Part shown: positions 46,767-55,719 of the stretch, in pieces
Numbering within the stretch: position 1 is the first letter of the stretch
Layout: each line of letters begins with the position of its first letter
Sequence record: MT028491.1
Length of the DNA stretch: 64,000 bases
Reading direction: 5' to 3' (one strand)
Notes under the pieces: model-generated
What the model was told of the DNA's origin: nothing
The model's input: the letters and a program-made list of their open reading frames with translations, nothing else
The model's database searches: none
Position numbers and translations under genes: made by a program

Positions 46767-48266
46767 TTATAGTTTTACAACGAATTTGATATCTTCTTGC
46801 TGGTCTAGAGCGCGAGAGATAGCATTTCTATTTTCAACATACAAAATTCTACCTGAATTTCTCTTGATGTTAGGCCCTGTAATAGAGTTTACAACACCAG
46901 TTGAAAGGGTAATATTTGAGCGGATTGTTTCACCAGCAACAAATGTTCCTCTAATTGGTAGAATTCTCATATCGTTACCATCCTTATTGACAACATAAGC
47001 TGTTGCGCCGGATGTCTGACCTGTTACAATTTCGTCGGCATTAAATGAACCGTTTGTAACCGTAACGTCAAAATGAGTAGTTAAATCATAAACGGTCGCT
47101 GTTACAGGATCGCCGTTTGATAGGGTTGGATCAAGCAAGATACCCATCACGCGGAATTCGTTTCCAACGATGAAGGTATCAGATTCTGTACCGGTTAGGC
47201 GTGTATTCATAATAATGTTATGCGCATAAAGATCATTTACAGCATTTGCACCATGACCACCTTTTGGAGAAGGGTTTGCTTGTAGAACAGCACCAGAACC
47301 AACGTTACCTGAAACGGTAACTGGTGTATCCGAATAACCTTGTCCACCACTGACAACTACAACATTGGTAATTGTTCCGCCCGATCCTTCACAATAAGCA
47401 AAGAAACCGGTTCCGCCTGAGATAGAAATCTTAGGAGAAACAACCGCTGTACTGGTTGCATCTGGAATTACAGAGAATGTTCCATTGATGGTAGCTGTAC
47501 GTGAAACGCCATCATAAGAAACAATGTCAAAATGTTGACCAGCACCAACACCAGACTTGATATAGACAGAATACCCGTTATAGATGTTGTCTGTGGTTGC
47601 GGCTAGAGTTGATAATGAAATAGTTGTTGCCGTCGCACTTACAACGTCACCATTGAAGAACTGATAAGCAGTACCACCATTGATAATGTCAACCACATCA
47701 ATAGCGCCATCTACAGCCGCTTGTTGAACTGCCCACTGTGTAGAACCATCATCAGCAAGAATGAACTTCACAGGGATATAATTCTGTGTCAAGAAACGAA
47801 GAGCATCAGAAGCGGAAATGGAATATAGGTACTTCCATTTATATCCGTCTTGAGTAGAGAAAGCTTCTGTTGATGTTCCAGAAGGTTTAACCGTTGATGG
47901 AGCGCCATTGCCGTTTTTTAGGCAAAGATAGACATTAAAGTCTTCTGTGATGACATAGAATTTACCAGTGTAATAAGGTTCCGAAACCGAATATTTGGTA
48001 TAGACTTCACCAGACAACCAATTGTATCTAGGAGCCGCAAAGCATGTGTCAGAAGCCGTAATACGCTTCATAGCAAGCATTGTGTTCCAGCCATCATATT
48101 CGATGTCTTTAATTGTATCTACCGGTACTGGTGGATTTGTTTCATCAGCCCAAGGAATTGGACGACCGATGTAGAGGAACAAGCGCGATGGTTCTGATTC
48201 ATCAAACTGTTCTTTAAATTGATTTGCCATATGAAGGCGAAATTTTTTGGTTAGAATACCAGCCAT
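46767..48266 (-). CDS. gp8: Baseplate wedge subunit
   Basis: LYIGRPIPW, PRYNWLSGEVY, YVITEDFNVYLCL, DGYKWKYLYSI, YVENRNAISRALDQQEDIKFV. Confidence 0.9.
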   Translation of the reverse strand: MAGILTKKFRLHMANQFKEQFDESEPSRLFLYIGRPIPWADETNPPVPVDTIKDIEYDGWNTMLAMKRITASDTCFAAPRYNWLSGEVYTKYSVSEPYYTGKFYVITEDFNVYLCLKNGNGAPSTVKPSGTSTEAFSTQDGYKWKYLYSISASDALRFLTQNYIPVKFILADDGSTQWAVQQAAVDGAIDVVDIINGGTAYQFFNGDVVSATATTISLSTLAATTDNIYNGYSVYIKSGVGAGQHFDIVSYDGVSRTATINGTFSVIPDATSTAVVSPKISISGGTGFFAYCEGSGGTITNVVVVSGGQGYSDTPVTVSGNVGSGAVLQANPSPKGGHGANAVNDLYAHNIIMNTRLTGTESDTFIVGNEFRVMGILLDPTLSNGDPVTATVYDLTTHFDVTVTNGSFNADEIVTGQTSGATAYVVNKDGNDMRILPIRGTFVAGETIRSNITLSTGVVNSITGPNIKRNSGRILYVENRNAISRALDQQEDIKFVVKL

Positions 48267-48314
48267 GTGTAAATATCTCTTTTATAAAAAGTTGTTACCT
48301 AAGTCTATTTATCT

Positions 48315-50210
48315 TTAGGCGAAGGTAACAAAATCAAAATCGACTTCATTTGTAAGTTCGTTTCCATCTTCATCTAGAAGTTCTATTTCTTCATTATTTA
48401 GGAGAATATAGAAAGGCGTATCTTGAGATACGTATGTTTCAGACTGGAAACCAATGTTATCGCCTAGATCGGTTATAATTTCTTCATCATTACTTGTGGT
48501 AATATTATATACAACATCAATTTGAGTTGGATCGATGATGTCAGTAAGTTTATCAGTGAATTTTCCGTATTTCTTAGAAAATTGTCTAATAAAAATCTTG
48601 GATGATTGTTCTGCCGGATAAGTATCCACATAGATTGCTTCATCACTTTGATTTGCTAATGCTTCTAACTGTTCATTGGTTATAATGCGTTCTGCAATGA
48701 TATCATCATATGTTTTGACGTTATATACTCTAGATTCTGCCATAACACCAAGTTGGTTGTTTGTTGAACGAACCATTTTACCACTGTCGAAATCATGAAT
48801 TCCAACATTTGCTAGATCAACAACATAATCGTCAATATATTCAAGAATTGTTGAATATCTAGGTGCACCAGAAACGATAAGCTTGTCTTCTAGTTTGCGA
48901 GAACTAATGAATGAATACGGGATTTCATCTTCATTGTTCTGAGATTTATAAACGGAAATATTTCCGTTATCTAGTTTTTGGGTTTCAAAACGAGGTTCTA
49001 CAAAAATATATTTGTTACCTTGCTTTTTATAAACCTTATAATCATAAAGATTATTGATATATTCGCCACTGATTGTGATAACATCGCCAACGTCCACACC
49101 ATCGAATTCACCACGCATACGGTTGCGGCTTTCATCGAAATATGAATATGTCAAGGCATTATAGCTTATACCAGATAGAGTAAATCCATACATGGTATTA
49201 GTAAAACGACGATCACCCCAATAATCGATGTCAATGATACGTGAAATTGTACCAAAAGACGAACTGATATCAAAGAATGCATCCCAATCATAATCGATCT
49301 GTCGTTCAAGAATAATGGAATACCATTTATCATAACCATATCCAAAACCTGTTTCAGTGCTGATATCGAGAATGGATTCCATTTCGATAGAACCGAACAT
49401 TTTAAGACCGGCTGGATGGACGAGGTTCTTAACCGCATTCTGATACTGATCAACCGTCTTGGACGATTTGATAACGTATGAATATTCTTGATAATAGTAA
49501 TTGTCTTGTAGATATTTGTCGGATGATAGGAAACCATATGTTCCCTCATAATAACCGTCTTGAGTGATAACACCATCAGACTCGACAAGCCCAACAAAAT
49601 CTTCAATTCCATCAGCTAGGAGTTTTTCACCCTTGATGAAATCGCCATCGATATGAGATAGATAAACTTCATAAACTTCATAATTGTTTTGAATGAAAGA
49701 AACTAGTTTTTCAAAACGAGCATAAGCACCAGACTGTTCACCACGAATGGTGTAAAAGCCTTGGAAAGCATCCTGTGGAATATTGGGATTGATACGAAGA
49801 GTTTTATTGACAATCCAACGACCATCAGAAGTTCTAAGAATGTCATCAGCCGGATAGTAGAACGAAATATCTTCATTATACAGAATACGGAATAGGAGTT
49901 TGAAAGCCTTTTCCGAACCCTTGGCACGATAAAAATCCTTGATGTTCTTGTATAGGATTGTTTCGTCAATAGGCATTCCGTGTGGCAAATTCTTTAGGAA
50001 CTCGCCACGCAAGAACGTATAAAACTTTTCTGGAACCCTATCAACATCGCGATAGTGGTTTATCTTTCTGGTTACGTCAATTGGGTTTCCCGATTGCTGT
50101 AGCCATTCATAATAATATTCGATAAATTTAACCAGCAATTCCCCATCTTCTCGAAAGATTTGGGGGAACTGTTGACTAATAAAATCTTTTAGTTTTGTTT
50201 CGTTTGTCAT
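48315..50210 (-). CDS. gp7: Baseplate wedge initiator (gp7-like)
   Basis: FIEYYYEWL, IKDFYRAKGSEKAFKLLFRILY, LQDNYYYQEYSYVIKS, LVHPAGLKMFG. Confidence 0.8.
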   Translation of the reverse strand: MTNETKLKDFISQQFPQIFREDGELLVKFIEYYYEWLQQSGNPIDVTRKINHYRDVDRVPEKFYTFLRGEFLKNLPHGMPIDETILYKNIKDFYRAKGSEKAFKLLFRILYNEDISFYYPADDILRTSDGRWIVNKTLRINPNIPQDAFQGFYTIRGEQSGAYARFEKLVSFIQNNYEVYEVYLSHIDGDFIKGEKLLADGIEDFVGLVESDGVITQDGYYEGTYGFLSSDKYLQDNYYYQEYSYVIKSSKTVDQYQNAVKNLVHPAGLKMFGSIEMESILDISTETGFGYGYDKWYSIILERQIDYDWDAFFDISSSFGTISRIIDIDYWGDRRFTNTMYGFTLSGISYNALTYSYFDESRNRMRGEFDGVDVGDVITISGEYINNLYDYKVYKKQGNKYIFVEPRFETQKLDNGNISVYKSQNNEDEIPYSFISSRKLEDKLIVSGAPRYSTILEYIDDYVVDLANVGIHDFDSGKMVRSTNNQLGVMAESRVYNVKTYDDIIAERIITNEQLEALANQSDEAIYVDTYPAEQSSKIFIRQFSKKYGKFTDKLTDIIDPTQIDVVYNITTSNDEEIITDLGDNIGFQSETYVSQDTPFYILLNNEEIELLDEDGNELTNEVDFDFVTFA

Positions 50211-52090
50211 GCTACAACCGTTGTTAGGACGCCATTAACGGAATATGGGGATTCGTTACCAATAACATCTACAACGCTTGACTTCACCGATGACTGATTC
50301 TTAACATTAAACATTGTAATGTTAGGGAATGAAAGAAGGATGATTTGATTGAACTGTGGAGCAATATTTTTGTCCGAAGATTGTATCAAAATTCGGATTT
50401 CATCACCATCCCAATCGGTAAAGATCGCGTCTTTGATTGTTAGTGTTCCGGTTGAATAATCAACTGTTCCAATGCTCTTTCTATAGATAACTTTCTTATC
50501 GGTACTATCTAGATAGAAATATCTTAGATTGCCGTTTCCATCGTCATCGATATAGAACGTGCGATCATCACCAGAAATCTTGAATCCACTAGAAGTGATA
50601 GCACCCAAGAAACCATCATATGGATGATAGATTTCATGAGAGAAAATGACCTGATAAGTCATCTTGGAATTCATCAAAGGCTTGAAGCGCTTTTCAATCC
50701 ACATCGAATTGATCTGTGTTGAAACGATAGAAGCATCTGAATTATCAACTGCCGTTGTGAAACGAGACAGGTAGAAAGCGTTTCCAAAATCGTTTAGAGT
50801 GGTGTATTCAAAATCTTTGACTGTTGCGGCTACCTTAAGATAGACAGAATCAACATCCAAAGTGGTATTATCTGGATTATATGAAACAGTGATATTTGGT
50901 TGAATGAATAGGAATGTAGGATCAATAATAACCGGATCAATAGCCGGAATTTTGATCCCTTCCATTTCAGTCAAGATTTGTGATTTTCTGGCATTCGAAA
51001 GAACGTAACCATTCTTAGGTTTTGCCGAAACAATCATTTTACCATATTGTGGTGGAATGTTATCATCGCCACCCCAAGCAATAACGCTTTGAATGTCAGA
51101 AAAATTGTCTTTGATGAATGATTGATAATCAAATGGAGTTACCAGACGATCTTGACGTTCAAAATAGTTTGGAGCATTGAATTTAATATCACGAATATCA
51201 TCACCATTATCACCACCTTCTGAAATATCAGATGTTGTAACAATGGTAGGGGCATATGTAATGCCTGTTGAATAATCGATACCGATGTTGCCCATGGCGT
51301 TGATATTAGAAATGTCGTTGCCGTTAGAACCTTCTGTAACCAATTGAGTTACAGAAATAACGTTTCCATCACTCAATCCTTTGCCAAGAATTCCATCACC
51401 AAAATAAATTTCATATTTCCCATCAGCATTACACTGGACGAAAAATACATTATCATTTTGGGTGACTTCTGTTAGCTTGTTGGCTTTATAAAATCTTGTC
51501 GAATCACTGGATTGTTGATTTGGACGGACGTTCACAACCAGACGAGAAATATCAATAGCATCATTGTAAAGAGTAAATAGTTTTGAACCGTTGGACGAAT
51601 AGAGATATTCAGCCGTGATTACGATACCTTCATACACATCCAATGTCTTGAAATAGACGCCATTGCTGTTTGAGACTGTTGTGTCTTCCAATGTTACAAA
51701 ATAGAATTCCTTGCTGTCACGAACAGCTTTGAATTTTGTGTATTTTGGAATGGTGATAGTTGAAGGATTGTCGTTAGGAGAAAATCTTACTGCGATCTTG
51801 GCTTTTGCAGCCGTTGGAGATTTTGGAAGATATCCATAGTCGCGAGCGCGCAAGCGCACATTGCCTAGCAATTGCGCTGTAGAAAGATATTCTTCATTGA
51901 CTGCCATATTAGCGTAAATACCGTGATAGTATTGGTTATATGCAAGCAATGAAACTAGTTGGTTTGTTACAGAACCTTCGAAATCATAGTCAAGAAATTC
52001 GGGCTTATCCTTAAGGAAGTCCTTCATATTTTGCTTAATTTCATCGAAATTTAGCTCTGTAGCTCTTAAAGTAGTATTTGCAGTAGCCAT
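50207..52090 (-). CDS. gp6: Baseplate wedge subunit
   Basis: LNFDEIKQNMK, DYDFEGS, LLAYNQYY, YEIYFGDGILG, RQDRLVTPFDY, PPQYGK. Confidence 0.95.
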   Translation of the reverse strand: MATANTTLRATELNFDEIKQNMKDFLKDKPEFLDYDFEGSVTNQLVSLLAYNQYYHGIYANMAVNEEYLSTAQLLGNVRLRARDYGYLPKSPTAAKAKIAVRFSPNDNPSTITIPKYTKFKAVRDSKEFYFVTLEDTTVSNSNGVYFKTLDVYEGIVITAEYLYSSNGSKLFTLYNDAIDISRLVVNVRPNQQSSDSTRFYKANKLTEVTQNDNVFFVQCNADGKYEIYFGDGILGKGLSDGNVISVTQLVTEGSNGNDISNINAMGNIGIDYSTGITYAPTIVTTSDISEGGDNGDDIRDIKFNAPNYFERQDRLVTPFDYQSFIKDNFSDIQSVIAWGGDDNIPPQYGKMIVSAKPKNGYVLSNARKSQILTEMEGIKIPAIDPVIIDPTFLFIQPNITVSYNPDNTTLDVDSVYLKVAATVKDFEYTTLNDFGNAFYLSRFTTAVDNSDASIVSTQINSMWIEKRFKPLMNSKMTYQVIFSHEIYHPYDGFLGAITSSGFKISGDDRTFYIDDDGNGNLRYFYLDSTDKKVIYRKSIGTVDYSTGTLTIKDAIFTDWDGDEIRILIQSSDKNIAPQFNQIILLSFPNITMFNVKNQSSVKSSVVDVIGNESPYSVNGVLTTVVA

Positions 52091-52094
52091 TCAA

Positions 52095-52511
52095 TTATCT
52101 CACGCGCTCAAGGAAAATATCGATTTTCGTAGGTTCTTGTTTATTTATTGGTGTAAAATAGATTTCAAGTTTGATTGAATGTCTGTCACTGTCTACCGAC
52201 ACTAGAAGATCATTCAATACGGCACGTGGTTCATAAATTTTAATGATGTTCTCAATTCTCACTTTTAGTGCCGTTTGGACAACTGAGTCGCCTTCGATAT
52301 TTTCAAAGAGCATTTCCTTAACGCCGCCATATAGATTAGGCTCAAAAGGCATTTCATATTTGTTATAAAGGACGGTATTCTTGATTGCTTGTTTAATAGC
52401 GTCTACATTGGTCTTTTGCTTAAGCTTTCCAGAAATTGGATGTGCTTGAAAGGCCATGTCAAGATCGCTATAGATCGTTTGTTGAATTGGTTTGATAAAA
52501 TCTTGACTCAT
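52095..52511 (-). CDS. gp25: Baseplate wedge / sheath initiator
   Basis: YSDLDMAF, AIKQAIKNTV, PFEPNLYGGV, IYEPRA. Confidence 0.92.
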   Translation of the reverse strand: MSQDFIKPIQQTIYSDLDMAFQAHPISGKLKQKTNVDAIKQAIKNTVLYNKYEMPFEPNLYGGVKEMLFENIEGDSVVQTALKVRIENIIKIYEPRAVLNDLLVSVDSDRHSIKLEIYFTPINKQEPTKIDIFLERVR

Positions 52512-52798
52512 CCAATTTTAACCTTTGTCTGTCCGGTAACGATTGTGCTTGCACCGCAAGACCTTCCGTCACCATGTCTATGAATGGATAAGCCGCCGAT
52601 TTTAACATTTGCCGATCCTGTAACAGCTTTCGGATTACAATGTTCACCGCCAACGATTGGACATAGGTTATCAGCGCTTGCATTACTGGTTACGCAAACG
52701 ATCAGTAATCCGCCAATTTTAACCTTTGTTTGTGTGTCTGCCAGAAGTGCACCGTTGCCGTCTGTGTTAGGATCACCCTTAACCGAAACCAATGCCAT
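52508..52798 (-). CDS. PAAR-like spike tip protein (gp5.4-like)
   Basis: Repeated T/NVKIGG, Cys/His ligands, HRHGDGRSCGA. Confidence 0.85.
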   Translation of the reverse strand: MALVSVKGDPNTDGNGALLADTQTKVKIGGLLIVCVTSNASADNLCPIVGGEHCNPKAVTGSANVKIGGLSIHRHGDGRSCGASTIVTGQTKVKIG

Positions 52799-52832
52799 TC
52801 AAAAAATCCTTATAATAATGGGTTTACAATCT

Positions 52833-52852
52833 TATTTATGATGTTATAAATA
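52833..52852. promoter_or_regulatory. Back-to-back late promoters
   Basis: CATAAATA (minus, 52833-40) for PAAR/25/6 and TATAAATA (plus, 52845-52) for the island. Confidence 0.7.
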
Positions 52853-52877
52853 GGGAGATTGTTAGTTTATAAGGTTA

Positions 52878-53240
52878 ATGTTTTTGGGAATTACGGTTTT
52901 AATTTGTGGTGGCAGAGATTATGCCGATGCTGCAAAAGTGTATGATATTCTGGATTATATCCATAAAAAGGTTGGAATTGACGTTCTGATTAGTGGAGCG
53001 GCAAGAGGGGCCGATATGATCGGAATAAATTGGGCCGAAGAAAGAGGAGTCCGATGCTTAAAATTTCCTGCCAATTGGAAGAAATACAATAAAGCCGCTG
53101 GATTCATCAGAAATAAACAAATGGCAGAATGCGAACCTGATATTTGTGTTGCATTTTCTGGTGGAAGTGGAACCAATAATATGATAAAATTATGTGAACA
53201 ATACGGAATCAAATACAAAAGGTACGATTATGGGAAATGA
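52878..53240 (+). CDS. SLOG-superfamily protein (DUF2493-like)
   Basis: LICGGRDY, ISGAARGAD, ANWKKYNKAAGFIRNKQM, VAFSGGSGTNNM. Confidence 0.85.
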   Translation: MFLGITVLICGGRDYADAAKVYDILDYIHKKVGIDVLISGAARGADMIGINWAEERGVRCLKFPANWKKYNKAAGFIRNKQMAECEPDICVAFSGGSGTNNMIKLCEQYGIKYKRYDYGK

Positions 53241-53409
53241 TTATTTAGACGAATATAAAAAAGCATTGGGTAATTTTAATGCAGAAGATTATTTTGCCCA
53301 ATATAACAACCATTATGTTGAAGAAATGGTTAAATTTATGGCGTTTAAGAAACATATGGAAGATGTAAAAGAACGAAAGAGGAAACTTATGAAGGAAATT
53401 CTTCTATGA
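53230..53409 (+). CDS. Small hypothetical protein
   Basis: MGNDYLDEYKK...; AAAGG SD; overlaps the SLOG stop region. Confidence 0.55.
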   Translation: MGNDYLDEYKKALGNFNAEDYFAQYNNHYVEEMVKFMAFKKHMEDVKERKRKLMKEILL

Positions 53410-53510
53410 GTTTTGGTGTTCGTCCACCACCACCGCCACCTAAGACGAGTTTGAATACCAAACCTAAGACGCATGTAATCCTTCATCTAAAAAAAGGAAA
53501 GGTTACTTGA
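53406..53510 (+). CDS. 34-aa proline-rich basic microprotein (not in ORF track)
   Basis: MSFGVRPPPPPPKTSLNTKPKTHVILHLKKGKVT; ATGA coupling to the upstream ORF. Confidence 0.45.
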   Translation: MSFGVRPPPPPPKTSLNTKPKTHVILHLKKGKVT

Positions 53511-53520
53511 AAAATATTAA

Positions 53521-53606
53521 GCTAGTGATGACAAATGGGGAGTCCTGCCGCTCATAACGGTATATCCGAAAGGATCAAGTCGGTTCGATTCCGGCCACTA
53601 GTACCA
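53521..53606 (+). tRNA. tRNA with CAT anticodon and long variable arm (Met/Ile2 by anticodon, class II body)
   Basis: Acceptor GCTAGTG/CACTAGT, D stem GAC/GTC, anticodon arm TGCCG-CTCATAA-CGGTA, variable arm ATCC-GAAA-GGAT, T arm GTCGG-TTCGATT-CCGGC, A73 and encoded CCA. Confidence 0.9.
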
Positions 53607-53622
53607 TTTTTTATTTTTATTG

Positions 53623-53660
53623 TTGACATCAAACTTAACATCTGACATAACTTAATCATC
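53623..53660 (+). promoter_or_regulatory. Early sigma70-type promoter
   Basis: TTGACA-17 nt-CATAAC-TTAATCATC. Confidence 0.7.
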
Positions 53661-53688
53661 GGAAACAAACCAAACAAGGTTTAAGACA

Positions 53689-54024
53689 ATGGCTAAGAGA
53701 TTTACGAAACAGACTGACAAGGTAGTTGCTGAAACCATTCTCGCCCAAATGGGTGGCAAGCGTTTTGCAATGATGACCGGTGCCAAGAATTTCGTTGCTG
53801 GTGATTTGTCCCTTCGTTTCAACATTCCCGGCTCACTTACGAAGAAACACATCAACACGGTAATCGTCACTCTTGATGAAGCCGCTGATCTGTATGTGAT
53901 GGAATTCGGAAAGTTCTCTAAGAAGACAATGGAATTCACATCTATTTCGAAGGTGAAGGGTGTCTATTGCGATATGCTTGAAGATATCTTTGAAACAGAA
54001 ACCGGCCTTCTCACTCATTTCTAA
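53689..54024 (+). CDS. Conserved phage/plasmid-type hypothetical early protein
   Basis: TILAQMGGKRFAMMTGAKNF...ITLDEAADLY-like...VYCDMLEDIFETETGL pattern; AAGG SD behind an early promoter. Confidence 0.75.
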   Translation: MAKRFTKQTDKVVAETILAQMGGKRFAMMTGAKNFVAGDLSLRFNIPGSLTKKHINTVIVTLDEAADLYVMEFGKFSKKTMEFTSISKVKGVYCDMLEDIFETETGLLTHF

Positions 54025-54036
54025 AGGGGTAACGGA

Positions 54037-54489
54037 ATGAATGTTGCTTTGGCAAAAAAGGTGGTAGTTGGAATTCAATATTCCAACTCTTGTCATGGTA
54101 ATGGTAGGTATGATTTTTTTGTAAAGAGTGCCAAGACGGTAATCGAATCACTTGAATACATCAACATAATTGATGTCGTTTGGTTTTCTCATAAAAAAAT
54201 CGGATCAGTAATGCATATGACAAGAAAGGAATTTTTGGACCATGCTTTTATGGAACCGTTAACAGGTGGAGGGACAAACTTTCATTGTGTGTCGGATTTT
54301 ATTATTGATTGTGGATTAAATCCTGATTTGGTATTGGTTATGACCGACAAACCAATATCAATAATTGATTATCCAAAGATTCCTGAATTCGATAAAGCAA
54401 AACTCTTGTTCGTCTATCATGATTATAATGATGATCATCCTGATAGTTGTGGTAATATTCCAGAAATTTCAATTGTAGAGGGAAATTAA
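54037..54489 (+). CDS. Stand-alone vWA-like domain, degenerate MIDAS
   Basis: GIQYSNS (DxSxS position), GGGTNF, LVMTD. Confidence 0.55.
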   Translation: MNVALAKKVVVGIQYSNSCHGNGRYDFFVKSAKTVIESLEYINIIDVVWFSHKKIGSVMHMTRKEFLDHAFMEPLTGGGTNFHCVSDFIIDCGLNPDLVLVMTDKPISIIDYPKIPEFDKAKLLFVYHDYNDDHPDSCGNIPEISIVEGN

Positions 54490-54744
54490 ATGTCGATACT
54501 TGACGTGACTGGAACAAAGAGACTGGATAATCAAATGAAGCTTTCACAAGCTAGTGAACTTCTTTCTGCGCATGGTTATCTGGTAACAATAACCGATGGT
54601 GTAATGTTTGTTGATGATTGGTCTGGTCCAGTTGACCAGATACCCAAACTACCTATCAAAAATGATAAGGTTTCCCGGTCTGATGTTGAAGAGTTTCTTA
54701 AATGTGAGCCTGTCGATGTCGCAGAAAAAATACCTTGTTTTTAG
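54490..54744 (+). CDS. Hypothetical protein
   Basis: 84-aa ORF, GAGG SD. Confidence 0.65.
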   Translation: MSILDVTGTKRLDNQMKLSQASELLSAHGYLVTITDGVMFVDDWSGPVDQIPKLPIKNDKVSRSDVEEFLKCEPVDVAEKIPCF

Positions 54745-54747
54745 GTG

Positions 54748-54785
54748 TTGACTTAGGTTTAAGGTTAAGGTAAAACTTAATCATC
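54748..54785 (+). promoter_or_regulatory. Early sigma70-type promoter
   Basis: TTGACT-17 nt-TAAAAC-TTAATCATC. Confidence 0.7.
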
Positions 54786-54803
54786 AAAACCGGAGATAAA
54801 CCA

Positions 54804-55100
54804 ATGTTCAAAGTTGAATGTGCAAAATGCAATGGCAAAGGCGAAATCAAAGCTTTTTCTGGTATTGCTGGTGGCATTTGTTTTTCTTGTAACGGCAAAG
54901 GGTTCATCTGCCAAAAGAGCGCACCAAAGAAGTCCAAGAAATTTGCTGTTTCTGCTGTAAGAAAAGATGATAACACCGTTGCGGAAAACATTTGCACAAT
55001 CAACGCCATGAGTGAAACAAAAGCACTTCAAATGGCAATCGTACAGCTTTCAAGGGGAAATGGTTATTTTCCAGAAACAGCGACTGTTAGAGAAATTTAA
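54804..55100 (+). CDS. DnaJ-type zinc-finger (CxxCxGxG x2) early protein
   Basis: CAKCNGKG and CFSCNGKG; GGAG SD. Confidence 0.8.
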   Translation: MFKVECAKCNGKGEIKAFSGIAGGICFSCNGKGFICQKSAPKKSKKFAVSAVRKDDNTVAENICTINAMSETKALQMAIVQLSRGNGYFPETATVREI

Positions 55101-55106
55101 ACAACA

Positions 55107-55130
55107 AAAAGGGCCATTAAAGGCCCTTTT
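55107..55130. terminator. Bidirectional terminator at the island end
   Basis: AAAAGGGCC-ATTAAA-GGCCCTTTT between convergent genes. Confidence 0.8.
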
Positions 55131-55134
55131 ATTT

Positions 55135-55719
55135 TTATAAAAAACCTCTAAGGCTGGTTAGGCCATTTTCTGCAACACCAAGAATCGAATCAACGGTTTT
55201 GAACTCCGGTGCTTCAAAATTAGTTGCACTAGATAATGCGCGCTTTGGATCAATATCCAAATGAATCCAGCTTGTTTGACCGTAGACCAATTGAATACCG
55301 GATGCTTTCTTCGCAATCTGTTGAACTTCTTTGGCAACGTTAAACATATTGTCTTGATAACCATTAATTTGAATATCAAAAGAACGCCCAATCTGGTGAA
55401 GTGCTTCCAATGGATTGTTTTGAATATTAGAAGCAAGGTTTAGGCCAGAACGAATTACCAAGTCAGAACCAATCTCACGCATGAGGTTTTCAATAACATT
55501 TTCAGCACTGATTTGTAAATTTCTGGCGATCTGCCAACCTTCCATTCCAGTAAGCTTTAGAATGCCTTCTGAATTGGTTGGGATAAGTTTTGCTGGATAT
55601 TTTGGAATCCACTCGCCAAGCATATAATGATATGCACCGGTTGTTAGATGATCGATCAGAAGATTTTTCGAAATCTGCAACCCGTAATCAATTTTGGTTG
55701 TGTTTGTGATTTCAGTCAT
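55135..55719 (-). CDS. Peptidase M15-like protein, partly degenerate
   Basis: VIRSGLN..ALHQIGRSFDI..SWIHLD keeps the H/D/H zinc ligands; the SGYR arginine is lost. Confidence 0.6.
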   Translation of the reverse strand: MTEITNTTKIDYGLQISKNLLIDHLTTGAYHYMLGEWIPKYPAKLIPTNSEGILKLTGMEGWQIARNLQISAENVIENLMREIGSDLVIRSGLNLASNIQNNPLEALHQIGRSFDIQINGYQDNMFNVAKEVQQIAKKASGIQLVYGQTSWIHLDIDPKRALSSATNFEAPEFKTVDSILGVAENGLTSLRGFL

